The notes under the pieces: generated by a model
What the model saw: the letters and a program-made list of their open reading frames with translations, nothing else
Told to the model about the DNA's origin: nothing
The model's database searches: none
Origin: Candidatus Poribacteria bacterium
Lineage (GTDB): Bacteria; Poribacteria; WGA-4E; WGA-3G
Assembly: GCA_965205025.1 (NCBI GenBank)
Contig: CBDBFU010000014.1
Span: 352,001 to 416,000 of the forward strand
Reading direction: 5' to 3'
Length of the DNA: 64,000 nucleotides
Part shown: in pieces, positions 33,979-45,300 of the stretch
How the letters are laid out: each line of letters begins with the position of its first letter
Position numbering within the stretch: the stretch's first letter is position 1
Program-made: the position numbers and the translations under genes

Positions 33979-34196
33979 ATGAAATACGTTGTTTGTTTTG
34001 AAAGGGAAGGAAATAGTTGGGGGTTTATGTCCCAGATCTTCCCGGTTGTGTCGCTGTAGGAAAATCTATGGAAAAGGTTCAGACACTGATTGCCGAAGCT
34101 ATTGAATTTCATATTGAAGGACTACGTTTAGCAGGAGAAGAAATTCCAAAACCTACCACTAAATTACCCACTCATAAAACTTCAGGCGAACATTAG
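33979..34196 (+). pseudogene. hicB: HicB antitoxin, frameshifted in a G/T run near 34022
   Basis: MKYVVCFEREGNSWG / VYVPDLPGCVAVG...AEAIEFHIEGLRLAGEEIPKP. Confidence 0.8.
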
Positions 34197-34287
34197 AATT
34201 CATTGAAACACAAGTTCCTTTGTAAAATCAAAACGGCATATATCCCGTTACTGGGCATGTGTGCACGAAAACAATCAACTTTCTCTG

Positions 34288-34725
34288 CTAATCTCCTTGT
34301 GTCCATCCCTTAGCTTCCCTAGCTCCAGCAAGTTGTTTACCAAATGATATATCTGGTGGATCTCCGTTTTCTGACGGATCTTCCTCAGTAAATAAATCGG
34401 TATGTTGTACTGCATAATTCTTGATAAATTTTAATATTCTGGGTGTAGCAATAAACCATTCTCCTTCAGCACGGAATGCACCAAACTGCGAATGAATTCG
34501 TGATTCTTCTCTGGATGCTTCATCCATTGTATCACAAGGAATGACTCCCATGTCCCATAATTGAGCTTCATTTCCTGTCTGTAGAGTTTTTTGCCGTTTT
34601 AGAGTGGTGTGGGGTTTTGAAAGATTTGCGATAGTTCGTCCAATTTTAACAAAATCTGGTTGCTTATCACCGAAATTGCTTTTTGCAAAAAAATAGACTA
34701 AATAAAGTTAATTTTCATTAGGCAT
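34288..34725 (-). pseudogene. T5orf172/GIY-YIG domain plus truncated HTH, disrupted
   Basis: MPNEN*LYLVYFF...FVKIGRT...(frameshift)..LQTGN...ESRIHSQF..FR..GEWF, then FGKQLAGAREAKGWTQ*. Confidence 0.7.
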
Positions 34726-34910
34726 GATTAATAATTCCTATGAGGGTTGTCTTCATTAAACCATGTTGGGTAATCCTTAGACATTATAACGGGTCTATTA
34801 AGTAAATGTCAATTCTTCAATATATGTAGGGTGTGTAAAGTAATTGTCACTTTTACTTAACACCAATGAAATCTCAAGTCCAATTTATCCAGTCAGAATT
34901 TCGAGATTTT

Positions 34911-35275
34911 CAGCTTATTCTTTACTACTATAATTTTGATAATTCTATTTAAGGGAAACTGAGAATCTAATGATAAGTCTATTTTGTCGAGTTTTCTATA
35001 TCAAAAATACCGTACTCCAGCGGAGTACTATGTCTATAGAAAACAATATCGGAACAATCTAGCACTCCAGCGGAGTGCTATGTGCCAATACACTTCGTAT
35101 GAAAAACATATAAGTACTTAATACACACTTAAGTTATATGATAATTAACGGATGTGATTCACGGAGGATTGCTATACTTAAAATTATAAACCCTTATAGA
35201 GTAAGGGTTCGTAAAATTGCTCCGTGAAGGTTTCCGTGAAAATGCCATCATCTCAAAACGATAAATATTAACACT
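34911..35275 (+). repeat. ~365-bp direct repeat, copy 1
   Basis: Aligns by eye to 36256-36619; contains two ctccagcggag palindromes. Confidence 0.9.
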
Positions 35276-35523
35276 TTTTCCATAAGACTTAAAAAAATTG
35301 AAGAAAATATAAACTTCTAACAACTAACACACATATATCACAATAACATAAAATAAATTAAATATATTTGTCAAAATGCAAATCAAATGATACAATACTA
35401 TATCGTTCACTAATTATAAACTAAAACCAATACATTACTTGAAAGATATGAAATATTGTTTATACCGTGAAAGTGTAACTCTCTTCTAATTATTTTGGCT
35501 AATTATTTACGCTTCTAAACTTT

Positions 35524-36063
35524 ATGCCAAATTCAACCAAATCCACTATCTGGGAAATAAGAAAATCCATGTTAGAATTACAACGAAAACATTCAGAATT
35601 ATCACCTCATAAGCAGACACAGAGGAAAATCAATCCGAATTCAACCGAATATTTTTTTAGTTTTTCAAATTTTAAAATTTTACACCAATTCATCAAATCC
35701 TTTGTTATCCCAACCCCCAACAGGGTTCTCGGCTCATTTGAAAAATCATTTCTTAAAAAGCAACTAAAAAAACTTGAAAAACTAAAAAAACTTGAAAAAC
35801 TAAAAATAGACCGACTTCAAATCATAGAATTCGGGTTTCCCTGTCCGTTGGTTCAAAATATAGCAAATTGCACGTACAAAGAATCCTCCAAATCTATGAT
35901 TTATGAGATATGTTCCAATATCTTGTCAAAATGGATGGATAAAAAACTTCACATTCAAAAAATCCAAAATCAATGGATCAAAAGAAAAGTAAAAGACGCA
36001 AAATTCATCCCCACTTTCATAATTGGTGCAAATTCTTGTAACCTTAAAAAAAAATGGCTTTAA
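35524..36063 (+). CDS. Lys-rich hypothetical ORF (doubtful)
   Basis: 179-codon open frame in very AT-rich DNA, with an 18-bp tandem repeat; no motif or SD seen. Confidence 0.3.
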   Translation: MPNSTKSTIWEIRKSMLELQRKHSELSPHKQTQRKINPNSTEYFFSFSNFKILHQFIKSFVIPTPNRVLGSFEKSFLKKQLKKLEKLKKLEKLKIDRLQIIEFGFPCPLVQNIANCTYKESSKSMIYEICSNILSKWMDKKLHIQKIQNQWIKRKVKDAKFIPTFIIGANSCNLKKKWL

Positions 36064-36255
36064 ACCCAGTGTAGTACTAACGGGAGAGGGGTTTTATCAA
36101 TGTCACACCATGTGACAAAAAGTGTAACTTTATTCAACATATAAATAATTAATATATTACTATTGTGAATAACTGAAAAACTAACAACTATAAACTAATA
36201 ACCCTATGATCCGTGATATTCATGCCAAAAACTTTACACACCCTTTTGAGAATTA

Positions 36256-36619
36256 CAGCTTATTCTTTACTACTATAATTTTGATAATTCTATTTTAGAG
36301 AAACTGAGAATCTAATGATAAGTCTATTTTTTGGAGTTTTCTATACCAAAAATACCGTACTCCAGCGGAGTACTATATCTATAGAAAACAATATCGGAAC
36401 AATCTAGCACTCCAGCGGAGTGCTATGTCCCAATATACTTCGTATGAAAAACATATAAGTACTTAATACACACTTAAGTTATAGTGTAATTAACGAATGT
36501 GATTCACGGAGAATTGGTATCATTAAATTATAAACCCTTATAGAACAAGGGTTCGTAGAATTGCTCCGTGAAGGTTTCCGTGAAAGTGCAACCATTTCAA
36601 AACGATAAATTTTAACACT
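36256..36619 (+). repeat. ~365-bp direct repeat, copy 2, bracketed by a 26-bp direct repeat ttcatgccaaaaactttacacaccct
   Basis: 26-mer at 36219-36244 and 36639-36664. Confidence 0.9.
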
Positions 36620-36757
36620 ACACAAAGACAACCTGATTTTCATGCCAAAAACTTTACACACCCTATGTCAGTCTATGACTTGACTTTTCGTAGTAGTCAT
36701 GGTAATTTGCTGGATATCCCTATTACATTATGTGGGTAACTATAATAAGTATACCCA

Positions 36758-37073
36758 TAGGCGTCAATTTAGTAAGATTATACCATTTTCAATTGATAGA
36801 TTTACATTAAGACTTATCTGATACAGGGATTATCATATACATATATGAGTCCCGTAGGGACGAAATGTCTATAGAAAACGTGTTTATCCACTATCTTGAG
36901 TCCCGGGGAATGCCTAAATGGCATTCATACCGTTGATTTGATAGGGACAGAATGTCTATAGGAATCGTTATCACCAATACACCAAGCCCCAGCGGGGCGA
37001 AAGGTGTGTAGAAAACGTACAAATCCTAAACTAAGCCCCAGCGGGGCGAAAGGTGTATCCTAAATTGACGCTA
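36758..37073. mobile_element. MITE-like element carrying REP units, flanked by a 23-bp direct repeat
   Basis: Ends taggcgtcaatttag / ctaaattgacgcta; ggtaactataataagtataccca at 36735-36757 and 37076-37098. Confidence 0.7.
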
Positions 37074-37151
37074 ATGGTAACTATAATAAGTATACCCAAT
37101 GCATTGTTAATCCCATCAGAATTTGAATAATTGAAAATCTAAAATACAATT

Positions 37152-38093
37152 ATGTCACAAAATACAGCCTTTACCTATCACCCCGACTACCTAAACCACG
37201 ACACTGGTGCCGGCCATCCCGAACGTCCGGATAGACTTCGATCAGGTTTAGCAGCACTAAAAGACAGTGATGTATGGGACACACTTCTACAAATTGAACC
37301 AACTCCAGCCAGTATAGACCAAATTGCTTATGCACATAATCAAGGATATAGCGACTATATCAAACAATACTGTGAAGCGGAGATTCCACTAACCTATGAC
37401 ACAATTGTCGTTCATGAATCCTTTGATATTGCCCTACTTTCTACCGGAGGGGTTTTATCTATAGCAGAAGCAGTTGTAACCAACAAAGCGAAGAACGGGT
37501 TTGCAATGGGGCGACCACCTGGTCATCATGCGACACCGGGACAGAGTATGGGGTTTTGTCTGTTTAACAATATCGCGATTACTGCACGGTATCTTCAACG
37601 TGAACATGGTATTGGTAAAGTGGCAATTGTGGATTGGGATGTACATCACGGAAACGGAACGCAGGATATATTCTATGAAGACGAAACGGTTTTCTTCTTC
37701 TCTATCCACCAATCTCCACTTTATCCTGGAACAGGATCAAAGAGTGATAAAGGTGGAGGTAAAGCATACGGAACAACACTGAACGTTCCTGTACCACCAG
37801 GCAGTGGTGATGACGATTACATTACCATATTTCAGGATATACTGATACCTACCTTACGTGATTATGCGCCTGAAATTATCCTTATATCCGCAGGATTTGA
37901 TGCGCACTTTCTTGACCCATTAGGTAATATAAATATCACCGCTGAAGGATTTGCCACATTGACAGATATGATTATGGAGATTGCAGAAGAAACTGCTTCT
38001 GGCAGAATCGTATCAGCATTAGAGGGTGGTTATAGTTTAGAAGGTCTTTCTGGATCTATCGTGGCGCATGTTGAACGGTTGAGTAAAGTGTGA
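37152..38093 (+). CDS. Histone deacetylase family (class II-like) amidohydrolase
   Basis: HPERPDR, RPPGHHA, GFCLFNN, DWDVHHGNGTQ, SAGFDAH, LEGGY. Confidence 0.95.
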   Translation: MSQNTAFTYHPDYLNHDTGAGHPERPDRLRSGLAALKDSDVWDTLLQIEPTPASIDQIAYAHNQGYSDYIKQYCEAEIPLTYDTIVVHESFDIALLSTGGVLSIAEAVVTNKAKNGFAMGRPPGHHATPGQSMGFCLFNNIAITARYLQREHGIGKVAIVDWDVHHGNGTQDIFYEDETVFFFSIHQSPLYPGTGSKSDKGGGKAYGTTLNVPVPPGSGDDDYITIFQDILIPTLRDYAPEIILISAGFDAHFLDPLGNINITAEGFATLTDMIMEIAEETASGRIVSALEGGYSLEGLSGSIVAHVERLSKV

Positions 38094-38126
38094 TGTAAAT
38101 GATTAATTTCGGTTCGCACAGTAGCA

Positions 38127-39737
38127 TTAAGTCTGAAATTCCGAAGGGACTTCTTGCACCACAGGAATGACATAACTCCGAAGCGTAAGACCTGACACCG
38201 TCTCTGTTTCTACAATTGTCTCTGGGTTCTGACGATGATCAAAGACGATGTAATAGCCTTCCGCCGCATCCTCCGATTTCAGATAAGCGGCGAGTTGTTG
38301 TTTCCCTGCTGCATAGCGGCGTAGTCCTTCCCAAATCTTGGTTTCAACGATATATTTCTGCTGGTTGTGGAGAATAATCAGGTCAAGTCTGCCACGCCCA
38401 GTTGGAACTTCAAGGAACATCGTTCCCCCTACGGTGCGGACGAATTGGTCAAGATAGGCAGAAAGCAGGTATTGACCAACAAACTCATGTGGGGTTTCTG
38501 GCACTTGAAGGATCTTGTAACCTGCACGCCTAATGAAGTTCTTGAAATTTTCAATGAGTAGCCCCATCTCAATCTGCCCATCGGAAGTCAGATACTCAAA
38601 AAAATCTCGACTCGTATTTTCAGGAAAGTAGTCACATTCCAGTCCGTTGATCAAAGGTTGGAACGTCTGCATGATGCAGTGTTGATAAATCGGATTGACT
38701 ATTTCACACATACCCTCAGCATCTTTGGCAATAACGCCATAAGTGGCGAGTACACTGATGATTTCGTCGCGATAAACGAAAGGAACACCTTTGTCATAAG
38801 AGACGATTTTCATTAGAAGGGTTTCAAAACGGCGGCTTTTTTTGATGTTGGTCGTCAAATGTGATAGGTTGGTATTATCTTCCTCAAGGAGTTGTGTGAG
38901 TGCTTGTGCAAAGTGCCCCATCCTAATCGTCTCAGTTTTGGGAATATCCAATTCTGTGGACAGAATCTGTCCGAACCGGTTAACGAGGAACGGCTGTCCA
39001 GCAGTCTGTCTGTGAATAGATTCAATCACTTCGGGGGCAAAGGGTTGCCCGACTTCATCGGTATACTGCCCAAAGAGGTCGCGCACCTGTTCCACAGTAA
39101 AGTTCGGCAGATGAAATTCGTCTTGGATGTTGAACGGTGAGATAGACCGGTCGTAGTTAAGTTGTGTGATGTTCTTGACTCCTACAATACCAACACTATA
39201 CAGACATCGCTCCACTTCAAAATGGTAGATGTGGCGGAGTGTATGAAGAAAATCACTGACAGCGGCTGGCGGGATGCCATCAAACTCATCAATGATAAAG
39301 ACAACTTTCTGTTCACCGTATTCAACTGCCAGTAAACTCGCGAAATCCTCAAAAAATTCTAACATTGAACCGTGATGATTGAAGTGGGTGTTATCTAAGA
39401 GTTGGGTCAATGCATCAGAAAGTCCGTGACCACGTTTCTGGAAAACGCTTTCAATGTGCTTGCGAATCCTTTTGTAAAGCAGCTCGTAAAAATCTGGAAC
39501 GGAGAAGTTTTTATAGATATCAAAACTGAGTTGAATCGGAAAATAGGTTGGATTTTCTGCGGTGAGCGTAGCGAGTGCCAATCGGAAAAACGTTGTCTTA
39601 CCGGTCTGGCGAGGGGCAAATAGGACGATGTACCGTCCATCCTTCACGCGGTTGATGAAATCTTTAACCTCCTCAGTGCGGGGGACGACATAATGTCGGT
39701 CAGGTCGTACCGAACCTTGGGTACCAAACGTTCTCAT
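38127..39737 (-). CDS. AAA-like ATPase (AAA_35-type) with C-terminal PD-(D/E)XK nuclease-like domain
   Basis: APRQTGKTT Walker A, IIDEFD Walker B, SPFNI, EVPTGRGRLDL...VETK; higher GC than flanks. Confidence 0.85.
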   Translation of the reverse strand: MRTFGTQGSVRPDRHYVVPRTEEVKDFINRVKDGRYIVLFAPRQTGKTTFFRLALATLTAENPTYFPIQLSFDIYKNFSVPDFYELLYKRIRKHIESVFQKRGHGLSDALTQLLDNTHFNHHGSMLEFFEDFASLLAVEYGEQKVVFIIDEFDGIPPAAVSDFLHTLRHIYHFEVERCLYSVGIVGVKNITQLNYDRSISPFNIQDEFHLPNFTVEQVRDLFGQYTDEVGQPFAPEVIESIHRQTAGQPFLVNRFGQILSTELDIPKTETIRMGHFAQALTQLLEEDNTNLSHLTTNIKKSRRFETLLMKIVSYDKGVPFVYRDEIISVLATYGVIAKDAEGMCEIVNPIYQHCIMQTFQPLINGLECDYFPENTSRDFFEYLTSDGQIEMGLLIENFKNFIRRAGYKILQVPETPHEFVGQYLLSAYLDQFVRTVGGTMFLEVPTGRGRLDLIILHNQQKYIVETKIWEGLRRYAAGKQQLAAYLKSEDAAEGYYIVFDHRQNPETIVETETVSGLTLRSYVIPVVQEVPSEFQT

Positions 39738-39900
39738 CTCTTTCTCCTTTCAATCAAATTATATCCAAAAGATGAGAGTTTGTCAACAGCCAGATTTACG
39801 CAATTTTTTCAAAAGTTTATTGACTTCCTGGGCATTGATGATACAAATTTCTGCAGATTATACCATTTCATTTGATCAGGACTTACGCAAATTGAGCAGA

Positions 39901-40290
39901 TCTATCCACCAATCCCCGCTTTACCCGGAAACAGGATCAAAGAATGATAAAGGAGAAGGTAAAGCGTCAGGACAACACTGAACGTTCCTGTACCACCAGG
40001 CAGTGGTAATGACGATTACATTACCATATTTCAGGGTATACTGATACCTACTTTACGTGATTATGCTCCTGAAATTATCCTTATATCCGCAGGATTTGAT
40101 GCACACTTCCTTGATCCACTTGCGAATATAAACCTAACTGAAGATGGCTTTGCAGAATTAACCAATTTAGTTCTGACTGTTGCAGATGATATTGCATCAG
40201 GTAATGTCGTTTCAGCACTGTAAGGTGGTGTAGTCTAAATAGTATCTCCGAGTCTGTCGTGGCACATGTAGAAGGGTTGCTTAAGTGGTA
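39901..40290 (+). pseudogene. Duplicated 3' third of the HDAC gene
   Basis: Near-identical to 37701-37915, then diverges; a frameshift and a TAA in place of the LEGG Glu codon. Confidence 0.85.
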
Positions 40291-40537
40291 AATTTTAACT
40301 TGTAAGAATGCACAATGTGTGTTATTCTGAAAATAGTGTTACTTGGCAAATCTGCCCGTGTAGGTAAAAGTGATACGTTTCGGACGTTGATTTTTTGGTT
40401 GTAACAATATATTTATGTTGCCACCAAGGGTCGCTCCTACAGAAGAAGAACACCTATATTCACTTTTAGTATACATAGGTTTGCTTTGCAAGTCCACTCA
40501 TTTTTAAAACAGAGATTGAAATTCCTGGAGAATCAAT

Positions 40538-42205
40538 ATGCCAACAAATTTAAGTGATTCTAACGACAACATTAATAGAATATTGGGGGTTGATATACAA
40601 TATGAGGTACCGCTTTATCAAAGGCGTTACGTCTGGAATAAGGCAAATTGGGAAACACTTTTGGAAAATATCTTTGACCTGGCAAAGTTAAAACCTCTTG
40701 CACGAGGAGAAGGACATTTTACAGGTCCTATTGTAACCCGTAGCATTGCTGGAGCACAAAACAAATTTGAGGTGATTGATGGACAACAACGACTCACAAC
40801 GTTTGAAATTATTTTTTGTGTTATCAGAGATCTATGTATTGGACTTGAAGATCTGAGAGATAATGCTATAATAACGGACGCAGAGCGACACTTGTTGTCT
40901 GGTTCTAACCATAAACTCATACCAACAATTTACGACAGAAAGGCATTCAAGAAAATAGTTAAGCGAAGATATGGCACAAAGATCCATAAAGCATTTGATA
41001 TAAATAAGAACCTTTTAGATGATAATGGGGTAAAGCGTCTGAAAGAGGACGCTGTAGAAAAAGTTAGATTACAGGTGTTTGGTAAAAAAAAGGTTAGCAC
41101 CAGCATCCTTAATGCTTACCGTTATTTTTATGAGGAGATTAGGCATCATGTCCAAAAAGATTCCAACGAGGTATTTAACCTAATTAGTGTCATTAAGAAT
41201 GATTTTAAGATTATTCACCTATCACTCGGTGAGACCGAGCAAGCGGAAAAGGTCTTTGAATCAATCAATGCAACAGGTAGAATGCTTAAAAATTTCGATT
41301 ATCTCAGAAACAATCTGTTTCTACGGGCTAGAAATTTGGGAGAAGATCCTATAGAAAAGGTGCTATTTAGAGATAAATATTATGAAAATTCAGACTATTG
41401 GCGTTTTGAAAATGAATCTAATTACTGGGATACCGATAAATTAGAGTCATTTCTACGGACTTTTCTCATGGCAACATGGAATCCCAGATGTTTCGAGGAG
41501 AAAAATGCCCAACCATTTGGTGAATATCAAAAGTATAGCAAAAAATTAGAGAGGACGCATGCGGCAGATAAACAGAGAATTCCTTATGAATTCCAGCAAT
41601 TAAGTGGATGGGCAAAATCTTATCGGGAGTTGTTGGAAGATGAACCAAAATTTGATGCTTACGTGAAATTATGTAAAGACGTTGATCTTTCTCGTGACTT
41701 GGATTCGTTGATATTATTCGTAAAGCATAATCATCCAAATCAACTTGATAAAGTTATTGAAATTTTGGAGTCTTATACGGTGAGGCGAATGTTTGTTCTC
41801 GAAAAAACAGCATATACTCTGGCAGAGATAACAAAGGAAAGTTATGATAACATAGTCGGCTTTCTTTTTGAAGTAGTGACAAAAAAAGATGTCACCTTCA
41901 GTACTGAAGCATTCGCAAAATTTCTCCAAAAACATGAGTGGCCAGATGAAGACAAGGTTATAAAGGCCTTTGAACAAGCAGACTCTAAGAACTTTAATTT
42001 TATTACTTATATGTTCCATGAAATAGTAAAATGGGATAAAGAAAGATCTTCACTGTATGGACAGGAACCTTTAAGTTGGGGCGAACATGGGGATCTTTCA
42101 AGAAAGATTGAGGAACTTTTAAAAGATGATTCCGATAAACTTATGGAAATTTTTAATGAAATATGGCCGCCTCCCTTCTACTTTACGAATAATTTTGAAT
42201 CCTAA
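40538..42205 (+). CDS. DUF262 (GmrS/SspE-like ParB-fold) protein with no recognisable HNH
   Basis: VPLYQRRYVW, VIDGQQRLTT, FESINATGR..DYLRNNLF. Confidence 0.85.
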   Translation: MPTNLSDSNDNINRILGVDIQYEVPLYQRRYVWNKANWETLLENIFDLAKLKPLARGEGHFTGPIVTRSIAGAQNKFEVIDGQQRLTTFEIIFCVIRDLCIGLEDLRDNAIITDAERHLLSGSNHKLIPTIYDRKAFKKIVKRRYGTKIHKAFDINKNLLDDNGVKRLKEDAVEKVRLQVFGKKKVSTSILNAYRYFYEEIRHHVQKDSNEVFNLISVIKNDFKIIHLSLGETEQAEKVFESINATGRMLKNFDYLRNNLFLRARNLGEDPIEKVLFRDKYYENSDYWRFENESNYWDTDKLESFLRTFLMATWNPRCFEEKNAQPFGEYQKYSKKLERTHAADKQRIPYEFQQLSGWAKSYRELLEDEPKFDAYVKLCKDVDLSRDLDSLILFVKHNHPNQLDKVIEILESYTVRRMFVLEKTAYTLAEITKESYDNIVGFLFEVVTKKDVTFSTEAFAKFLQKHEWPDEDKVIKAFEQADSKNFNFITYMFHEIVKWDKERSSLYGQEPLSWGEHGDLSRKIEELLKDDSDKLMEIFNEIWPPPFYFTNNFES

Positions 42206-42300
42206 ACCAATAGGTTGTTGAGTTGTGTTAGATTTAATATTAGGTAAGGAATCAGGGAACTCTAACTAAAAAATTGAATTAACCTCAAGGATATTTAGGG

Positions 42301-45300
42301 ATGAATGCAACCCCAGAAAGCTTAAATAGTTTGTTCAGTATTGACGTTCAATATAAGGTACCACTTTATCAACGGCGTTATGTCTGGGAGAATAGTGATT
42401 GGAGCGAGCTCTGGAAAGATATCCTCGATCAAGAAAAAATAGATTCTTTTAAAAACGCAAGACATTTCACTGGTCCCATTGTTACACGTCTCATTAAAAG
42501 ACAACAAAAAAGGTTTGAAGTGATTGATGGACAACAACGCTTGATTACCTTCCAAATTATCTTTTGTGTTATTAGAGATTTATGTGAGTTATTTGAATTT
42601 TCTGGTTCAGAAACAGAAAAAAAAGCAAAAGAACATATAGAAAATGACGAAACTGCCAGAAAAGATTTCCAAAGTAGAGACCCTAATTATGAAGACCCTG
42701 ACAAGAGACTTCCTGATCCCACCTATAAATTCATCCCGACAGATTACGATAAAACAGCATTTGATGCAATAATAGAAAAGTTATATGGAAAAAAAATCAA
42801 CGAAACATTAAAAAAAAATGACAACAGTCCGGAAGAGGATATACTTAAAGAAGCTAGATCACAACAATTTGGTGAAGAAACGGTTAGTGACAATATCCTC
42901 AATGCTTATGATTATTTCTATAAGAAAATTAAGAACTATATTGAAGGAGACACCCAGGAAGACAACCATGTTGAAGGGGTCGAGGAAAAGCTTGAAAAAG
43001 AGAAAAAAATATCCAACTTACTTGATACTATCAAGTCCAACTTTGAACTCGTTCAAATAACGCCTGGCGACTCGCAGCAAGCGGAAGAAATATTTGAATC
43101 AGTCAATGCAACAGGAAGGAAACTTTCAGAGTTTGATTATCTGAGAAACAATCTTTTTCTACGTGCTCGTGACCAAAGTGATGAATTCTATAAAGAGTAC
43201 TGGATCTTTGATAATGATCCTGATTCCTATGATTGGAATGAAGACACACTGGAATCATTTTTTCAGGCGTTTCTTATGGCAAAATTGGGGCCTAATGCCC
43301 TTAACAACAATGTGAAATTATTTGATTTATACCAAGATAACTTAGTTTCCGAGCACAACCTTGCAGAAGAGTTTGAGGAATTAAGAAATCATGCAGAGGT
43401 TTATAGAGAAATGGACGATCCGACTTCAGAGTTTGGAGTCCGAATGCAATTTTATAAAGACCTTAGTACTTTTTATACTGAGGAAGATGAAGAAAGTTAC
43501 AATCCAGTTAAAGGTTTAGAATATAACTATTATGTAACAGTTATTCGATCATTCATTATGTATTTACAACAGAAGTTAAAAAGGCCTAAAGATGAAATCC
43601 TTAGCGTTTTTAAAATTCTTGAATCTTATGTAGCGCGTTGCCTCTTTGCTGATACTGTTACAAATTATGATTCCTATCAATCAATTAAAAGCTTCTTTTC
43701 TGATTTGTTCTCAGAACAAGACGACGTATTTTTTTCAGGAGATATAATAGAATATCTTAAAAGCAAAAAAAGCAAAAGAGAATGGATATCTAATACTATG
43801 ATTAAAAGTTGGTTTCGTGGGGAGAAATATCTTATTAATTGGCACGGATCACTTAGAGAAGATCGACAGTTTTCATTACGTTATATCTTTTATAGAATCG
43901 AAAATTGGAAGAGAAAGCATGCTGGGGAAAATATGTTAAGTTTTGAAGAATTTCCACCTGATAAGGTTTCTGTGCGTACATTTATACAATTAACATCCGA
44001 TGAAGAGGCTTGGAGAAGTCTCGGAAATCTAACTTTTTATTGGAAGGATGATCACGATCAGGAAATTAATACCTTGAATAGCGCAAATGCGTTTCTGCAG
44101 GAAGGACGTAATAACATATTATTATTGAACAGCGAAATATATAGTGAACCAGAATCAAAATGGGAACGAGGAAAAATTAAGGGTAGAGAACAAAAATTAG
44201 TATCTGCTTTCTGCAATATATGGCAGCCTGACCCTTGGGAAGATATTGAAGATATTAAGACTGAGTATCCGCTCCTTGAAGAAGTGGAAGGTACCGTTGT
44301 TAATATTAAAGAAGATGGCGTGTATGTTCAATTAGAGCTTGGTATCAAAGGATATGTCCCTGTCAATGAAATATCGTGGACTCGTCGCAAAATTATTCCT
44401 TCGAAGCATTTCGAACAAGGTGAGACAGTTAGAGCCAAGGTAATAAATGAAGTTGTAAAAGAAGAACGGGAAATTAGGCTAAGCACTAGACAAACGCAAC
44501 CTAAACCTTGGAAAGATTTTGATGCCAAGTATCCGGTTGGTAAAGAAGTGGAAGGTACAGTTATAGAAATAGACAAATCTGGGATAACGCTTGAGTTAGA
44601 AGAGGGAGTTGAAGGAGTGATCGCGAAAGAAGAGATAGCATGGACTGCTCACAGTAATGTTGATCCCAACGACTATGTTAATGATGGCGATCAAATTAAG
44701 TCCAAAATACTTAAAATTTCAAAGGATCAAGGAATCCTGCACCTAAGCATCAAGCAAATGCAACCTAACCCTTGGAAAGATATTGATGCAAGGTATCCAG
44801 TTGGTAAAGAAGTGGAAGGTACAGTTATAGAAATAAACAAATCCGGGATAACTCTTGAGTTAGAACAAGGGATTGGAGGAGTGATCGCGAAAGAAGAGAT
44901 AGCATGGACTGCTCACAGTAATGTTGACCCCAACGACTATGTAAGTAAAGGCGATTGGATTAAAGCCAAAATATTTGAAATTTCAAAGGATCAAGGAATC
45001 CTGCACCTAAGCATCAAGCAAACGCAACCTAACCCTTGGAAAGATATTGATGTAAGGTATCCGGTTGGTAAAGAAGTGGAAGGTACAGTTATAGAAATAA
45101 ACAAATCCGGGATAACGCTTGAATTAGAACAAGGGATTGGAGGAAGGGTTGATGCTTCAGAAATAGCGTGGACTCTCGACAAAATTATTCCTTCGGAGCA
45201 TTTCAAAAAAGATGATACAGTTATAGCCAAAATACTTAAAGTTTCAGAGACAAAACAAGAAATTTTGCTAAGCATCAAGCAAACACAGTCCAATAATCCT

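Larger units (their letters stand above)
34827..36665. mobile_element. Non-autonomous ~1.84-kb element with 15-bp terminal inverted repeats
   Basis: tagggtgtgtaaagt (34827) / actttacacacccta (36651-36665); no transposase inside. Confidence 0.55.

Noticed and set aside
33639-34112. 157-aa minus-strand ORF
   Set aside because: Shadow of the plus-strand hicA/hicB remnants
39772-39981. 69-aa ORF
   Set aside because: Chance read-through into the duplicated HDAC fragment
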